64,000 nucleotides of DNA from NCBI GenBank assembly GCA_030704615.1, contig CM060733.1:16058001-16122000 (forward strand), in the 5' to 3' direction. A program made the position numbers and the translations under genes. The notes under the pieces are model-generated. The model ran no database searches and was not told the DNA's origin. It saw only the letters and a program-made list of their open reading frames with translations. Source of the stretch: Takakia lepidozioides (taxonomy: Eukaryota; Plantae; Bryophyta). Each line of letters begins with the position of its first letter. Position 1 is the first letter of the stretch. This document shows positions 1-12,294 of this stretch, piece by piece.

Positions 1-342
1 ATTTTAAGTGTCAAAGTGTGCAATTGTTTAATATAAAGAAACAGGATAAGACTTGTAAGTATAAAAACATCTATAGTAGAAAATGTATATCAATCAAAGG
101 GGCGTCTGGTGTTTGACTCACGTTTAGGTGTGTCACCCTGCAAAGAGACAGAACTCCCCTGTTGGTCAAAAAAAATGCCATGAACCATAAACTCTGGGCC
201 AGGAACTTGGCAGATCTTTGCTCCCATAAAGTCTTCCCCCTCCCCCCCCCTCCCCAAGGACAATGTTGTAAGATGTACAAACCATTTCTGCGGACAATGA
301 GGAATGAGAATGGGGAATGGCAAAGTGCACGGAAAGACTTAC

Positions 343-1740
343 AAAAGATCTCCTGCCTCAAGTTCCACATCCAGGACAGGGTCACCAATGTCATCTTGTG
401 CAAAGTCGGGACTCGACAACCTGGGCAGCACTTCAGCAGGTGACCTTGGCTGGTAACATCTCCATCGTTTCTTCCCCTCCGTTTGAATGACGAATGCTTC
501 AATGTCATCATAGTGAGGACTAAATCCTTGGGACCCAGCAGGAGTGAGGTAAGCATTGCAGCCTGCTACAGACCTCCAGTGCCTTTCAAATGCTGACAGC
601 ATGAGGAAAAGCGGATCGCTCCACCGCTGTGGGTGGAGAACTCGCACTGACCATCCCTTTGCAAACTTTTCCCAAACTTTGATTGGCTGTGCAGTGCCAT
701 TAGTAGAAAATGTTGATCGGGCACCATCTTCATACTTCGTGACATCGAGATTAAGCCCATACCTGAACATAAGTTTTGATAGATGTTGGCATAATATATA
801 CAAAATCGAGGTGTTACAAATTTGAGCTCAATAGAAATACTTATGGTGCGCACTGCATTGGAGTGACCACATTCTGTGCTGGGATGAACGCTGCCGATCT
901 TCAGAGGGTTCTACACAAGGGCAAGGGGACTAGGGTTCAGGGTTTAAGTGAACGGCACTCCGCCTGACAAACCCTTACAATTGAAACGGCATGTGTGCAA
1001 TTGGTGGGGCACAGCAGTCTATCCTCCTAGTCACCAGTGATCGTGATGGTCTTGTCACGGGTGTGGCAAGCACAGCTGCCTCCAGGCAGTTCTCAAATCT
1101 CGCTTTAAGCTGACAGAATCTCCAGCTACATGTGAAACAAGTTCATGTGTCTGAAGAAAATGCAGATGTTGAGAAGATCTGCTAAATCACAAAAGGCTCT
1201 AGTGACAATTAAATACTGAAGACCCCCTTAGAACTGAGCATAACCCACCTCACCTGAAAGTGACCAATTAACAAGGACTGGAAGAACTTACCTGAGGTTT
1301 TCATGTTCCAGCAAACTCTCTATGTCTCCCTTCCCAAACCATCCTGCATACATACTTCGATTCTGCGCGCGCCTTACAAGAAAGGGCCGCCGTTCCCAGA
1401 ACTCTGCATGAAATCTCTCCAGCTTAAGAGGAGAGATTAGCCATTGAATGAACCTATCCGAAGAACCTGCACTCAAATCTCTTCCAATACTATGCCCGCT
1501 CTCAGCACACTCCTTCCTGACGTCTTCTATCACTTCAACCTCGAACTCCGCCAGGTACTTGATGCCCTCAGGGTCTCCTTCCTCTGGAACTAAGCAGTCA
1601 CTTTCACCATCACCTGCCTCCTTATCGCTTGTGTCGGACTCCGACGCAAATCCGTGTCCGTTCTCAGCGTCCTGCCGGAGCTCCATCTCCAACTCCTCTC
1701 TCCTCATCGACGAAGGTTTTGCGCGCTTGCCTGAGCGCAT
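343..1740 (-). CDS. NO66: JmjC/cupin-4 ribosomal oxygenase NO66/RIOX1 homolog, first two exons (gene continues off the left edge)
   Basis: Exon 1 1740-1292 (CAG|GTAAG) and exon 2 762-343 (TTCAG|G ... TT|GTAAG) join in phase as ENLR-YGLNLDVT. Motifs FHAEFWERRP, GWSVRVLHPQ, NAYLTPAGSQGFSPHYDDIEAFVIQTEGKKRWR (HxD iron ligands) and LEAGDLL match the NO66/MINA53 family. Confidence 0.9.
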
Positions 1741-2094
1741 TGCAGTTGTGGGTTATGCTGACTCATCTACCTGATGACTCTGAGAGCCGATGCTTCTTTC
1801 GCAATATGTTTGTTCGGCATCCCCACAGGAAGAAGCTTACTTCTCGTGCCGGGCACATGAGCAGTTCGCTGCAGCCTAAGCGGCGGCTGGATGTGGTGGG
1901 CCCCGCCAGCGGCTGCAGCCTGGGCGGGCCCTGCTTCCAAGGGGGCAGCCCCCGCGGGTGGGCACATGTGCACGGAATTCTACCCCCGGGGCGGTTGTGG
2001 AGGGATAAGAGTTACTAATGAATAAAGGCCCATTTAGTCAAAAATATGGTGAGCTTGAGAATTACCTCCAAGCAAGCTAGCCTGGGCTTAAGAA

Positions 2095-3330
2095 GTGGCC
2101 ACCATAGTGCCTCTAAAAAATAAAGGCCCAATTATTTTCACTAGCCAGCCAAAGATTGAGAGCTTGAGAATTACCTCCAAGCAAGCTAGGGTACCAACAC
2201 CACAACAAGTCACTGTACCAGTAGCTGAACCTGTTGTTACTACAACCACACTGCAGCCACCACAACCTGAAATATGGGGCAATGCTGCTTTTAACCCACC
2301 TAAAACTCCAGCTGCAAGGGAGTACAGTAGGGCTATGATTATGCCCTTCAACCAAATTCCAATCATGTTGGATTTGGCTTGGAAAGAATTTAGTCCTCCG
2401 CAGTCATTCGCACATTACTACCAAATCATGCGTATTTGTCTGCCAGTGGCAACTAGGACTAAAGTTCTTCCGAACAATCGACATATTGAGGATCATCACT
2501 TTGCACAGTACTGGCATGAGGCACGTACCACGTTGAGGGAATTAATTGCTTTCCAAGTTGTACATGGATTCATTTATACCAAGACCAAGGAGGTAGCAAG
2601 TATTGTCATGGGATGCGGGTTATACTACGCTGTTTGTTTTCTGGTACGTTATCACATTGAGCAACACAAAACGCGCTTTCTGAGTTATTCCAGTGGGGAT
2701 CATTGGGTCTTACCTTCAGTGCCACCTCATATGTACCTATATGAGGCAAAAGTTATGATGCAAAAGGATTCTCAAATTCGTTCATGGTTTCAAGCGGCCT
2801 GAAACAATTTGTCAACACAGAAATTCGGCATTGATGATATTTTCTATAGGGGACATGTGGCATGGAAATACTTGCACGGTGCACAAGTAATTGGTATCCC
2901 ACTCACCTGGACAGCCAAGGAACTCAGTGTCTACACCAATTTTGCTGTTCAGCGATTACAGCAAGTTGTAAAATATAAACTTCCAGACATGGTAGGACAA
3001 CATTGTATGCCCAAGAGGATTCCACAAAAAGTTCGAAAATTAAAACACCTGAGAGGCGATGAGGATTCTGATACAACTGTTTCTTCAGCGGATTCTTTTG
3101 ACATGGGAGAAGACTATGCAATTCAGATGGCAGAGAAGAAGCGACGGGGGTCTCCTATGCCTGAAAGGCTACCTCGATATCAGCCTCCAGAGGGCCTCAC
3201 TTATCCAGGAAGTGTTCAAACATCTCCGTCAACCAGTGACAGACCTCGGGCTCGTACACACAGTCCACCACGAAACTCTCAACGTCAGAAACGTGCTCAC
3301 TCACAAAGGTTTTCTAATCGCAATCAGTAA
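2095..3330 (+). CDS. Unknown ORF inside an LTR retrotransposon, directly upstream of the PPT; interrupted by one in-frame TGA (2800-2802)
   Basis: ORFs 2095-2802 and 2809-3330 share a frame (QAA*NNLSTQK). The frame ends about 20 nt before the polypurine tract. No RT, RH, INT or chromodomain motif recognised. Confidence 0.45.
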
Positions 3331-3331
3331 A

Positions 3332-3368
3332 CCGTGAGGACACGGCTTTTCGAGAGGGGAAGGGGTAA
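3332..3368 (+). promoter_or_regulatory. Ty3/gypsy-type pre-PPT motif and polypurine tract
   Basis: accgtgaggacacggcttttcGAGAGGGGAAGGGGtaa is immediately followed by TG, the layout typical of gypsy/chromovirus 3' internal ends. Confidence 0.75.
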
Positions 3369-4621
3369 TGTTAGAGGACTGTTTGGGACTTAGACACTTA
3401 TACGGGATCTGTAGGGTACCCTTAGTTTTAGCACAGACTGAGACCTACAGGAGCCTTAGGGGTGACAGCAGCGCACTGTAGAGGGGGGTTACACAGCCCG
3501 TCACAGTCGTCACAGCCGACACAGCCATCACAGCCAACACAGCCCGTCACAGCCAACACAGCCAACACAGACGACACAACCATCACAGCCAACACAGCCC
3601 GTCACAGCCGACACAGCCAACACAGCCCGTCACAGTCGTCACAGCCGACACAGCCAGACACAGTCAGCGCAGCCCGTCACAGCCGACACAGCCACACAGC
3701 CAGTCACAGCCCGATACAGCCGTCACAGTTTCACACAGCCAGTCACAGCTTGACACAACTGTCACGATCATAGGGAACGGAGAGCAGGACAAGGAACGAC
3801 TGTGGGGAACAACACCTGCAAATGGAACATGTTAGTTCATGGACGACGGTTAGTGAAGGAAACGGTTAGAGCCACAGGTAGGAAGATAAAGCGAGAAGCA
3901 AGGACGGAGAAGGGGGCTTTTTGGGGGGATTGTTCGGGGGATCAATCTTGGAAGCACGGGAGGAGGAGGATTCTTGGTCATGCATGAGAGGAGATCGGGC
4001 GGAGAGCAAGATCGGAGAGCACGGTGAAGGAGGGAAGATGATTAGTAGATGATTGTTATATGCAAAACTGTAGTGATATTGTAGAGCAGATTAGAGACAC
4101 AATGGCTTCGGCCTGATACCTGATAAATCATAATCTGATACTTATACGATACAATCACACTGTGTAGAGAGATCTGAGTGAAGCTGTGGAATGAATTGAT
4201 GAGTTGATGGAATCCGATAGATTGATGAAGCAAACTGATACTTAATTATCAATGGTAATGTAGCTAACATGAATGCGGAAAGGGAAACAAATAGGAAACA
4301 CCCCCATGATACACTAGCTGTAGGTCATGACTGATTGTTCTGCGCGGGCTGAGTACTTAGAGATTTCCAACTCTTCTATCTTGGAGTTTCCGCCTCGGAT
4401 AGCGAAGGGATGGGTGAGTAAAAGCCGCGCGACAGTCTTGCGTATATTGCCCCCCTAAACCATAAACGTCATCCCCACAGCAATAGGTTTTGCTTTTCCC
4501 ACGGCTATAGGCTCCGTTTTCATTCTGTGCTCACGCTTAAGAAATGTGCTCACGCTTACCGAAGTCTGCTCACGCTTAGTCCGCTAAGCGTGAGCGCGCT
4601 CACGCGCTAGCTTCCCTCACA
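3369..4621 (+). mobile_element. 3' LTR (about 1.25 kb) of a Ty3/gypsy-type retrotransposon
   Basis: Begins TGTTAG right after the PPT and ends CTCACA (imperfect terminal inverted repeat, TG...CA). Base composition switches abruptly to AT-rich Helitron coding sequence after 4621. Confidence 0.75.
3491..3760 (+). repeat. Degenerate (CACAGCC/ACACAGCCG)n minisatellite within the LTR
   Basis: Many imperfect copies of cacagcc / gtcacagcc with about 9-nt periodicity. Confidence 0.85.
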
Positions 4622-5820
4622 TACAACAATTCATGTTAAAAAGGAGATGTTAATTGAATTATGTGCAGGAAATTATGCAACTCATGATGGTTTAGTAAAT
4701 GGGGCGGACGGTATATTTAAACATACTTCCGTGTTAACAAATTCAACCCCTTTAATATGGATACAATTTAACAATCCAAAATCTGGTGTTGCTACACGTG
4801 CAAAAAATATTCACTTATATAACTCAACAATAGATAAGTTATGGACTCCAATTCAACCAATTCCTAAAGAGATTCAAATAGGATCAAATACTTCACATAT
4901 AATTACTAGAACCCAATTTCCTATTCAATTAGCAGCCGCTCGAACAATCCATCGTTCTCAAGGCTTAACTTTGGACTATCTAGCATTCGATCCTACAAGG
5001 GTATATAAACATGGTTTAAGTTATACAGCTTTGTCACGCATACGTAACAAAGAAAACTTATACCTCTTAGCAAATTTGCAATTGAAAAATTTTCATGTTG
5101 ACAATGGGGTTGTGAGGAGATGCAACGTCTACATACAAGCGCACGATGGCAGTTATTCGTACCAACTTTGCACATATACAAACAATCACATGTAATTATA
5201 CAGCACTTGAATACAAGATCATTGTTATTACATAAAGAAGATGTTTTTGCAGACCACAACTTACAAACGGCTCATATTTTATGTTTTAGTGAAACGCACT
5301 TCAAACCTAATTCCAATATAAATCTGTTTATGGACATGTAGTTACTATTTACAAACCTCCATCACTTTCGATATCTATATTTTTGTCTCAACTACAAACA
5401 ATTCTTCATAAAATACCACATTTCTGACCCACCATTATTATAGGGGATTTCAATATAAATATATTACAAAATGATTCAACCATGTCAAAACAATTGCTAC
5501 ATTTCATGAGGATGTTCAATATTACACTTCAATTCATGAAAACTACTACAATATATGGTTCACAATTGGACCATATTTGGACAAATACACCTAACCAACA
5601 ATGTATATCAGGAGTTACACAGGCATATTGGAAAGATCACAAACCTATATATATAGCTTTCAAACTACCAAACCATGATGTTAAATATCATCATTTTACA
5701 AAATATCATGTAAAATACTTCGTTACACACTCCACATTGGTGGGTGGAGCCATTACGCGTCTAGCCGCTTGTTTTTTTTCCCAGGATTTTACATAGGGCT
5801 GTCGCAGCCCTTGTTTTTTT
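4622..5820 (+). mobile_element. Degenerate 3' part of a Helitron-like element encoding PIF1 helicase plus an APE/EEP endonuclease (Helentron/HLE2-like)
   Basis: Helicase: GLVNGADG, RTQFPIQLAAARTIHRSQGLTL, HGLSYTALSR (PIF1 motifs). After a frameshift, EEP motifs occur in the correct order: HLNTRSL, HILCFSETH, IYKPPS (about 5347), IIIGDFN (about 5433), TTIYGSQLDHIW, YWKDHKPI. A terminal hairpin AGGGCTG-TCG-CAGCCCT (5795-5811) is followed by a T-run. Confidence 0.8.
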
Positions 5821-6216
5821 ATCGCTTTTAGGCTCCATTTCGCCTAAAAAAAAAGTGCTCCACCCAACTGCCTTATAGATAGCCTTATTCTGCGGTAACA
5901 CAATGGTCACCCAAGGGCCAACGGCCTTCAAGTTATTGGTAGCCTTAGGGTCTTTTTTGTTTTTTCTTGGGCCAATTTAGATCAAAGACCAAGTCATAGG
6001 GTGTTTTTTGACAGGTCGGCCTACCTTTTCTGTGACAGGTTAAGTTAATTGTTTTTCGACTTTCATTGGGATAGACTTTGAGAAAATGCCTGCATGACTG
6101 GTTGAAATGTTTTTGACATTTCACACAACCGTACCATATTAAATTGTAAATTAAACAAACTATTTGACAAAAGTACCTAATTCCCGGAAATCCAAGCACA
6201 TATCTTCAAGCCTTCC

Positions 6217-6238
6217 ATATATATATATATATATATAT
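6217..6238. repeat. (AT)n microsatellite
   Basis: About 11 AT units. Confidence 0.9.
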
Positions 6239-7513
6239 TCTCATATTGCTAACACACATATGCTGTCCGAAGTATCTTTATTTTCTACAAATCTCATTGA
6301 CCTACGTACAAGAGCTCCATTTATCTTCCAAAGGCCCTGCATGGACTTGAAAATGCCATCATCTTGATCCTCATCGCTAATCACCATGATCTCTCCATAA
6401 CATTGACATGGAGGATGTCCTCATCTTCAATGTGTAGATTTGCAAGCCATCTAAGACATAGTCTCCTCCACCTCACACTTTTGTGTAGCATCTGGAAATG
6501 AGGCTGGTCTGGTGGTGTGGCCATCAACTCATCTGGTCTCCTCTCGTCTAGTGGGCCCTCATTCACCTCCATAGTCACACAATTTTGGTGGGGCTGGTAG
6601 GGCCCACCACCTCATTCATAGGAGCAAACCACTAGATAAATAATCACTCAAGACCTTATAATTTTTTTGAGTTAGGAGATTTAAAACTACCTCCATGTAG
6701 ATACTGCTGTGAAGGAAATTGCAAAAACAAGCATTGCAACCCACAACAATCTAGAATCATCCTCTCACCACAAACTACAACAGTCTTATTACAAATGTAT
6801 CCTTTAGTGGATTTACAACAGAAATATGATGATAGGGAGGATTTGAATGTGGTCACGGGGTCCCCTGTCACGGCTTGGTCCTCTACGCTATAAGGCCTTG
6901 TTACGATGAGGCCACACAAACTTCATAAGCGTCTCTTCTAGGCTAAGGTTCACGTAGATATTGAGTAGGTACATTGGTCGTGCCTTCCTAAGTTCCCGAG
7001 TCGGGCCTCCACCAAATCGTAAAAACTGTCTCGAAATTCATTGTGATCATTCTGATCATTTTGCGATCCTCATGGATAGGGGAACATTGTTATTATAGGG
7101 AAGCTATAAAAACAGTATGGATGAGTGTGAATTGCTATTGCGTGTTTATAGTTTCGCTTTAATCTACGGCACGTGCCCATGCACATCAAGGCACCTAATA
7201 TTGGCGGTCAACCTTCCTCGATACTCTCGTGGAAGCCTACGTAGCCGTCTGATCAGGTCAGTTTTAAGTAGTTTATGAATGCGTGGTCTCTGTGATCCGA
7301 GATCCCTCTCTCTTTCTCTCACGATATATGTACTTGAATGAGCTACTCACTAGCCTGGGGTCGAACTCGCTCTTGACATCTGGAGCTTGCGATTTTCACG
7401 TGAGGCAACAAGTCTGGCCTGTCTCTCCGCCATACCTTTTGCTAGTGAATTGTACTTCTGACCCACAAGTGTGCAAGGGCATCTCTTTCGGGGAGGCAAG
7501 TGAGAAGAAAAGC

Positions 7514-9270
7514 ATGGCACCACCTGCAGCTACGGTTGAGAGTGTGAGTGAGAGTTTGCAGGAAGCAGCCATAACAGACGAGGAGCTTAGGGACGCCTAC
7601 CGAAGCCATATTTGTGGTGAAGCTGAGAAGCTCACAACTTGGCGGCATGGGTCTGCTCCCGTGTACCCGCTCGTCAACGCTTTGTTCGAGAAAGGCCGAA
7701 CCACGGTAGAGGCTTATCCCCAAGTTTGTTTTTGCAGATTTTCACTTGCTTGAATCGCAGGTGTATTTTGCAAGTGTGAGTGAGAGAGGAACGGTCAGGC
7801 TTCTTTAGTGGGTATACACAGTGGGTGAAGCGTCGACTCTACTATGAAGTGAGATCTAAGAGAAAACTTTCTATGGATGGATTAAATTTCAGTTCGTACT
7901 ATGCTCTCGGAACATGATCAACATATTACGGTGTGATTCAGCAACGTTGGAAAAAAGATCCAGAGACAGTCATGTGTGATTCATGGTCGGAAGCCTAGTG
8001 CTAAAGAATATCAGAACTTTCAGATTAATGTTACACTGTAAGGTGAACCAATCTGACAACCTCTCTTGAAATTCATGAGTCTCTAGGATAGCACTAAGCG
8101 AAATTTGAGTCACGAGTAACAAGCATTTTTAGGCAATATTTGATCGATAGTGGATCATGAATGCAGCTGCCCCAGGACCTTGCACCTCTTGTCCCGGAGC
8201 CCTGGCATCTAACACGTCGTATATGTCGCTGGCGGATGCACAGGCCTGGGCAAAGGGATCTCTGGAGGAAATCGTGCAAAACTTGGTAAAGACTTGGGAG
8301 ATGGAGCTCTCTCACAAGATTGATGTGCATGACTTCAAGACCATTGACCCTGAGAAATTTACATTTTCTGTAAATGGTACGTATGTTGATATTTTGGAGG
8401 AATTCCAGCATCGAGCTTTTTCGAAAACCTTGCTTCTGGAACCTTATTGCTCTTCTATTGCTACCATGAGTTGTTGTATGGTCGAGTTTTTGTGAAGGAT
8501 GGTCAGATTAAAATGCTCTTGGTAGTTTGAGAAGCTCCCTTCAACGTGCGAAGACGTCGATTTCATTGACATGCTCGTCTGCTGAAGCTAGCTTTGAATG
8601 TTCCTTCGGATGGCAGGGGGCCCCAAATTGTCCGCACAAGAGACACTACAGGTTGGTAGCTATAATGCACTGCTAGCTACCACCCTACCTGGCGAACACG
8701 AGGCTTACAAAGCATCCAAGGAAACTTTTGATTCCTCCCACGATATTTTCCGTTCTGTTTTCCCGGGAGGATTTGCATGGGAGGTGTTAGCAGTGTACTC
8801 GGGCCCCCCAGTGGTAGCATTCAAATATCGGCACTGGGGTGTGATCGAAGGTCCCTTCAAAGGACATGAACCCACTGGCGAAATTGCAGAATCAATCGGT
8901 GTATGCGTTGCTAAGGTCAGTAGTGTGATTCTATGCTCGCATCCCTAATCCGATTATCCTCAAACACTTGGAGACATGCACGGGCATCTGTGAAATTTCT
9001 AGGCTTCGGAGCTTCTGTTAAGCATTGGCATGAAGCTAAAGCTAGATTTAGATCCGGAGCCTCACGTTTTTCCTGTGGTCTTGCAATACATGGGAGCAGG
9101 TGGACGAGAATCTGAGGATTGTCGAGTTGGAAGTCTATTATGATCCCACCATGTTCTTAGGGAGTCTTACAAAGGGACCCAAGTCCGGAAGCTATGGTTC
9201 ATACAAGAAGGGTGTGGAAGGCTGTCCCTTTCTGAGTGGGCTTCCCAACACAACACAGGTCGCCGATTGA
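7514..9270 (+). CDS. Pathogen-related protein (SnoaL/NTF2-like fold), 4 exons
   Basis: Exons 7514-7705, 8244-8376, 8617-8915 and 9100-9270, all GT-AG and in phase. Motifs WRHGSAP, FEKGRT-AWAKGSLEEIVQNLVKTWEMELSHK, FPGGFAWEVL, YSGPPVVAFKYRHWG, VDENLRIVELEVYYDP and the C-terminal GCPF are typical of the plant pathogen-related protein family. Confidence 0.9.
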
Positions 9271-10934
9271 GTAGAGTCTTCCATGAATTCTAGTTTTGTA
9301 TCTCTGTGGTCTCAAAGTGCCCTCTTAAATTGGCTTCTGTTTCTCGGGATCCATCACAGACTAGCGCATCTGGCTACCACTCCGTCAACTACACAATCCC
9401 AACTGTAGAATCAAACTAATGATATGTAAAGATGGATCTCCAGTTAGTTGCAGGGTGATTGATTGATCTTGAATCACCTCCTTGACCGAAAGCTCCCGTG
9501 GGGCGTACGACTTAGTGGGCATTCTTCACATCGCCAAACAATTAGGAGTTTATGCTGCTCCCATGATTCTCGTTGTATGGAATTCAGCGTTGCTTCAAGG
9601 TGTACTCTAAAAGCACTTGTACATCAAAAGCCGGCGAGCTGCCAGAACAGAACTGTACAGAATTTGGGGGGAAAGATTTTCTTAAGTTTTATGATGCAGC
9701 GGGCGATGCTTGTGGAGCTTTGTCCAGAGCCGATAAGCTTCGTCCAAGAGTCGTCAATTCCGACCTTCTTGCTGTTACTCTCCACCTCTGCAAGATCATC
9801 CAAGTGAACAGAAAACATGTCCATGCATAAACACAGAGTGATTAGGGCAGAAGTGCAGGGCACATGAGCCAAATCGGGCCCCAAAAGAGCCGCCCAGGCT
9901 GCGCGCGGCCGCCTAGGGGGTAGAAACGGTGGCAGCCAAGGACGTGGGGCCTTGCGGGGGCAGGCGAGCCGCTTGGGAAGGATACGCCCCCACGGAAGCA
10001 CCTGCGGTAACTAATGGCCCTGTTTTCACCTAAAACCCTGGTAAGATAAATAATTATTACTGCGCCACCGACTTTTTACTGGGGTTGCAGTTTAGGGTCA
10101 TATGGCTAGACAGGGTTTTCATTATACTAAAAAAGAGGAGAAGGTTGGATCAATTTTTGGAGGTGCTTGTTACATACAAGTGTGAGGTTGCAATTAAGAG
10201 GAAGAGTTTGCCAAGCTCATTTTTGCAAATGCTCGATGAAGATTCTCATTCTCCCTATGCTCTTGCCATTGCTATTGCCATTGATGTCGGAATCCAATGA
10301 GACAAATGGGCATGGGTAGGTAGCTTGATAATGAATACTCTGACTGAAAGAAGTACAATTTTTTTTGGAAGATAATAAAAATAATGTAAGAACTTAATGG
10401 ACGCGTGTGATCTGACAGTACTTTTGCCGGGATTCCAGCAACCTGGGCTCCTCCGGCAAGGCTCCTCTCAAATCCTCCCCACCCCATATTATCTCGGTTT
10501 CACTATTAAATACTTATGAATCCGAATGGATTGCAAGCTGTGGTGGGTAGCATGATGGTAAGGTGATAGCAATGGAGGTGGCGAGGTTCTGCTAAGCACT
10601 TGTGTGTTCATTGGAAAAATAGGTGCCAATCTTTGTCGCAAAGTCGGTATTGAATGAGGGCAGTTGGTATGGGTAGCTAGCTTGATCATGAACACTCTCT
10701 ACTTGAAAGAGTTATACAATATTTTTTTGTGGTGAAATGGGAGCACCCGGTATGGGGCTGGCCATTTTGACCAACCTCGGAAGTATAAGAGTTGTTTTCC
10801 TTTTTTTGGAATGATGGAAACGATGTAGGAGACCCTCGTGGAACAAAAAGAGAACACAAAGTACAATAACAAGTTCAACATCCTCCATGTTCACCTACAA
10901 ATCCTTCTCAAATTAACTTAGCCTCCTATGTAAA

Positions 10935-11235
10935 CCACCATCCAACCAAAATCCCATCAGGAAATGAATATTGTCTTCAGATTGCCGACACAAACACAAA
11001 CACAACGGGCAAATGCACTCTCCCTTTCCTCTCCGTCCTTGTTTGCTTGTCAAAGGTAAGCTTCCTGCCCTGAGTTTAAATTTCAGTCTAGTGCCAAGAG
11101 TGGGTAGATCGTTATTGTCCTCCAGGATGTCCTCCCCCATGTCCCAGACTGGAAACAAGTTCAGGGAAGTTTTCTGCCTAACTTCGTTTTCATTAGACAA
11201 TTCCCTGGCATCAGACATGGCTTTGGACACTACAG
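10935..11235 (-). mobile_element. Non-LTR retrotransposon (LINE) 3' remnant, copy A
   Basis: LGTRLKFKLRAGSLPL...CPLC...EDNIHFL resembles the C-terminal CCHC region after RT. Clear nucleotide similarity to 15655-16480 and 45665-46140 (e.g. ttcagtctagtgcc, cagactggaaacaagttcagg, acatggctttgga). Confidence 0.7.
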
Positions 11236-11264
11236 CCTCTTTTATACAGCATAAAACCTAATAT

Positions 11265-11685
11265 ACTCTCTCTGCCTGTCCATCACTCTGTGGATGATCT
11301 CCACTGGAGATGTTTAGCTTTGCATCCAAAATTTTAAACAACTGTCCAGAATTGACCATTAAGTCTAGGATCTTTGTCTAACACTATGGACTTAGGCAAT
11401 CCATGCAAACGAAACACATGTTGAACAAACAACTCCGCTACTTCAAGAGCTTCCACTGTCTTTTTGGTAAGAATAAATGAGCCATCTTAGACAACCTGTC
11501 TACAATCACTAGTATTGCATCTTTCCCATGTTGTGTCCTGGGCAAATCTGCAATAAAATCCATGGAAATACTTTCCCACTGGCCTTGTGAAATTTCCAAC
11601 GGATGTAACAATACTGGAGACTTCACCTGTTCTACTTTAGTGACCTAACACCTAAAACAATGTATCACATATTCATGCACATCTG
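11265..11685 (-). mobile_element. Ty3/gypsy integrase remnant
   Basis: Broken frames: [72 protein letters not shown] (DDE core). Confidence 0.85.
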
Positions 11686-12294
11686 GTAGGTTTTCTCAGA
11701 TTTTGTCACACTTAGAATGCGACTCTACACCGATGAAATGCTCCAAGAAACGTTGATGAGTGAGCCCATGAGGACTGTCATTTTCATGCCTCCTAGGTAA
11801 TGTTCCCGCCCTTACCCGCTACTTTAGACATGACCAAATACTGGGAGATAGGCAGCCACAGCAGCAACGTGAGTACATTGCATCAGCGCAAGCACAACAC
11901 TCAAGACGTCAACCAGTCCTCAATAGGGGCTAATGAGAATCAAAGCTGAATCTAGAACTTGGTGCACTATCAATTGGACATCGCAAAACATCAAACAATT
12001 AACAGTTCAATGTCAGACTTCAAAATGGTACATCTCCTTCCGATCAACTTTCTAGCATGTAGGTCCAGCCTTGTGAAGACCCATCATGTACCATAACCCG
12101 TTGGCCATATGTGACCTGCCAGCTTCTTGTTTCGTTGTATCTCACCAGGAAAAAGGTTGATGAAGCCATAATGGTGAAGCGTATGCACTCATACTAACAT
12201 CATCTGGAAATTTATATTTGGAAGCTGAATATCTTTGAAGGTACATTGTAGAAGAGAGTAAAATACCACGAAGAAGAGTTAATTTCCTGCTTTA

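Noticed and set aside
3462-3773. 103-aa ORF rich in S/Q/P/T/H
   Set aside because: Translation of the CACAGCC minisatellite inside the LTR; no coding evidence.
3369-4621. Hammerhead ribozyme (retrozyme-type LTR)
   Set aside because: No CTGANGA...GAAA core with supporting helices found by eye on either strand.
9860-10010. GC-rich gccgcc(c/t)agg motif cluster resembling hAT MITE interiors (similar patches at 1870-1990 and 55360-55500)
   Set aside because: No TIR or TSD pair could be located.
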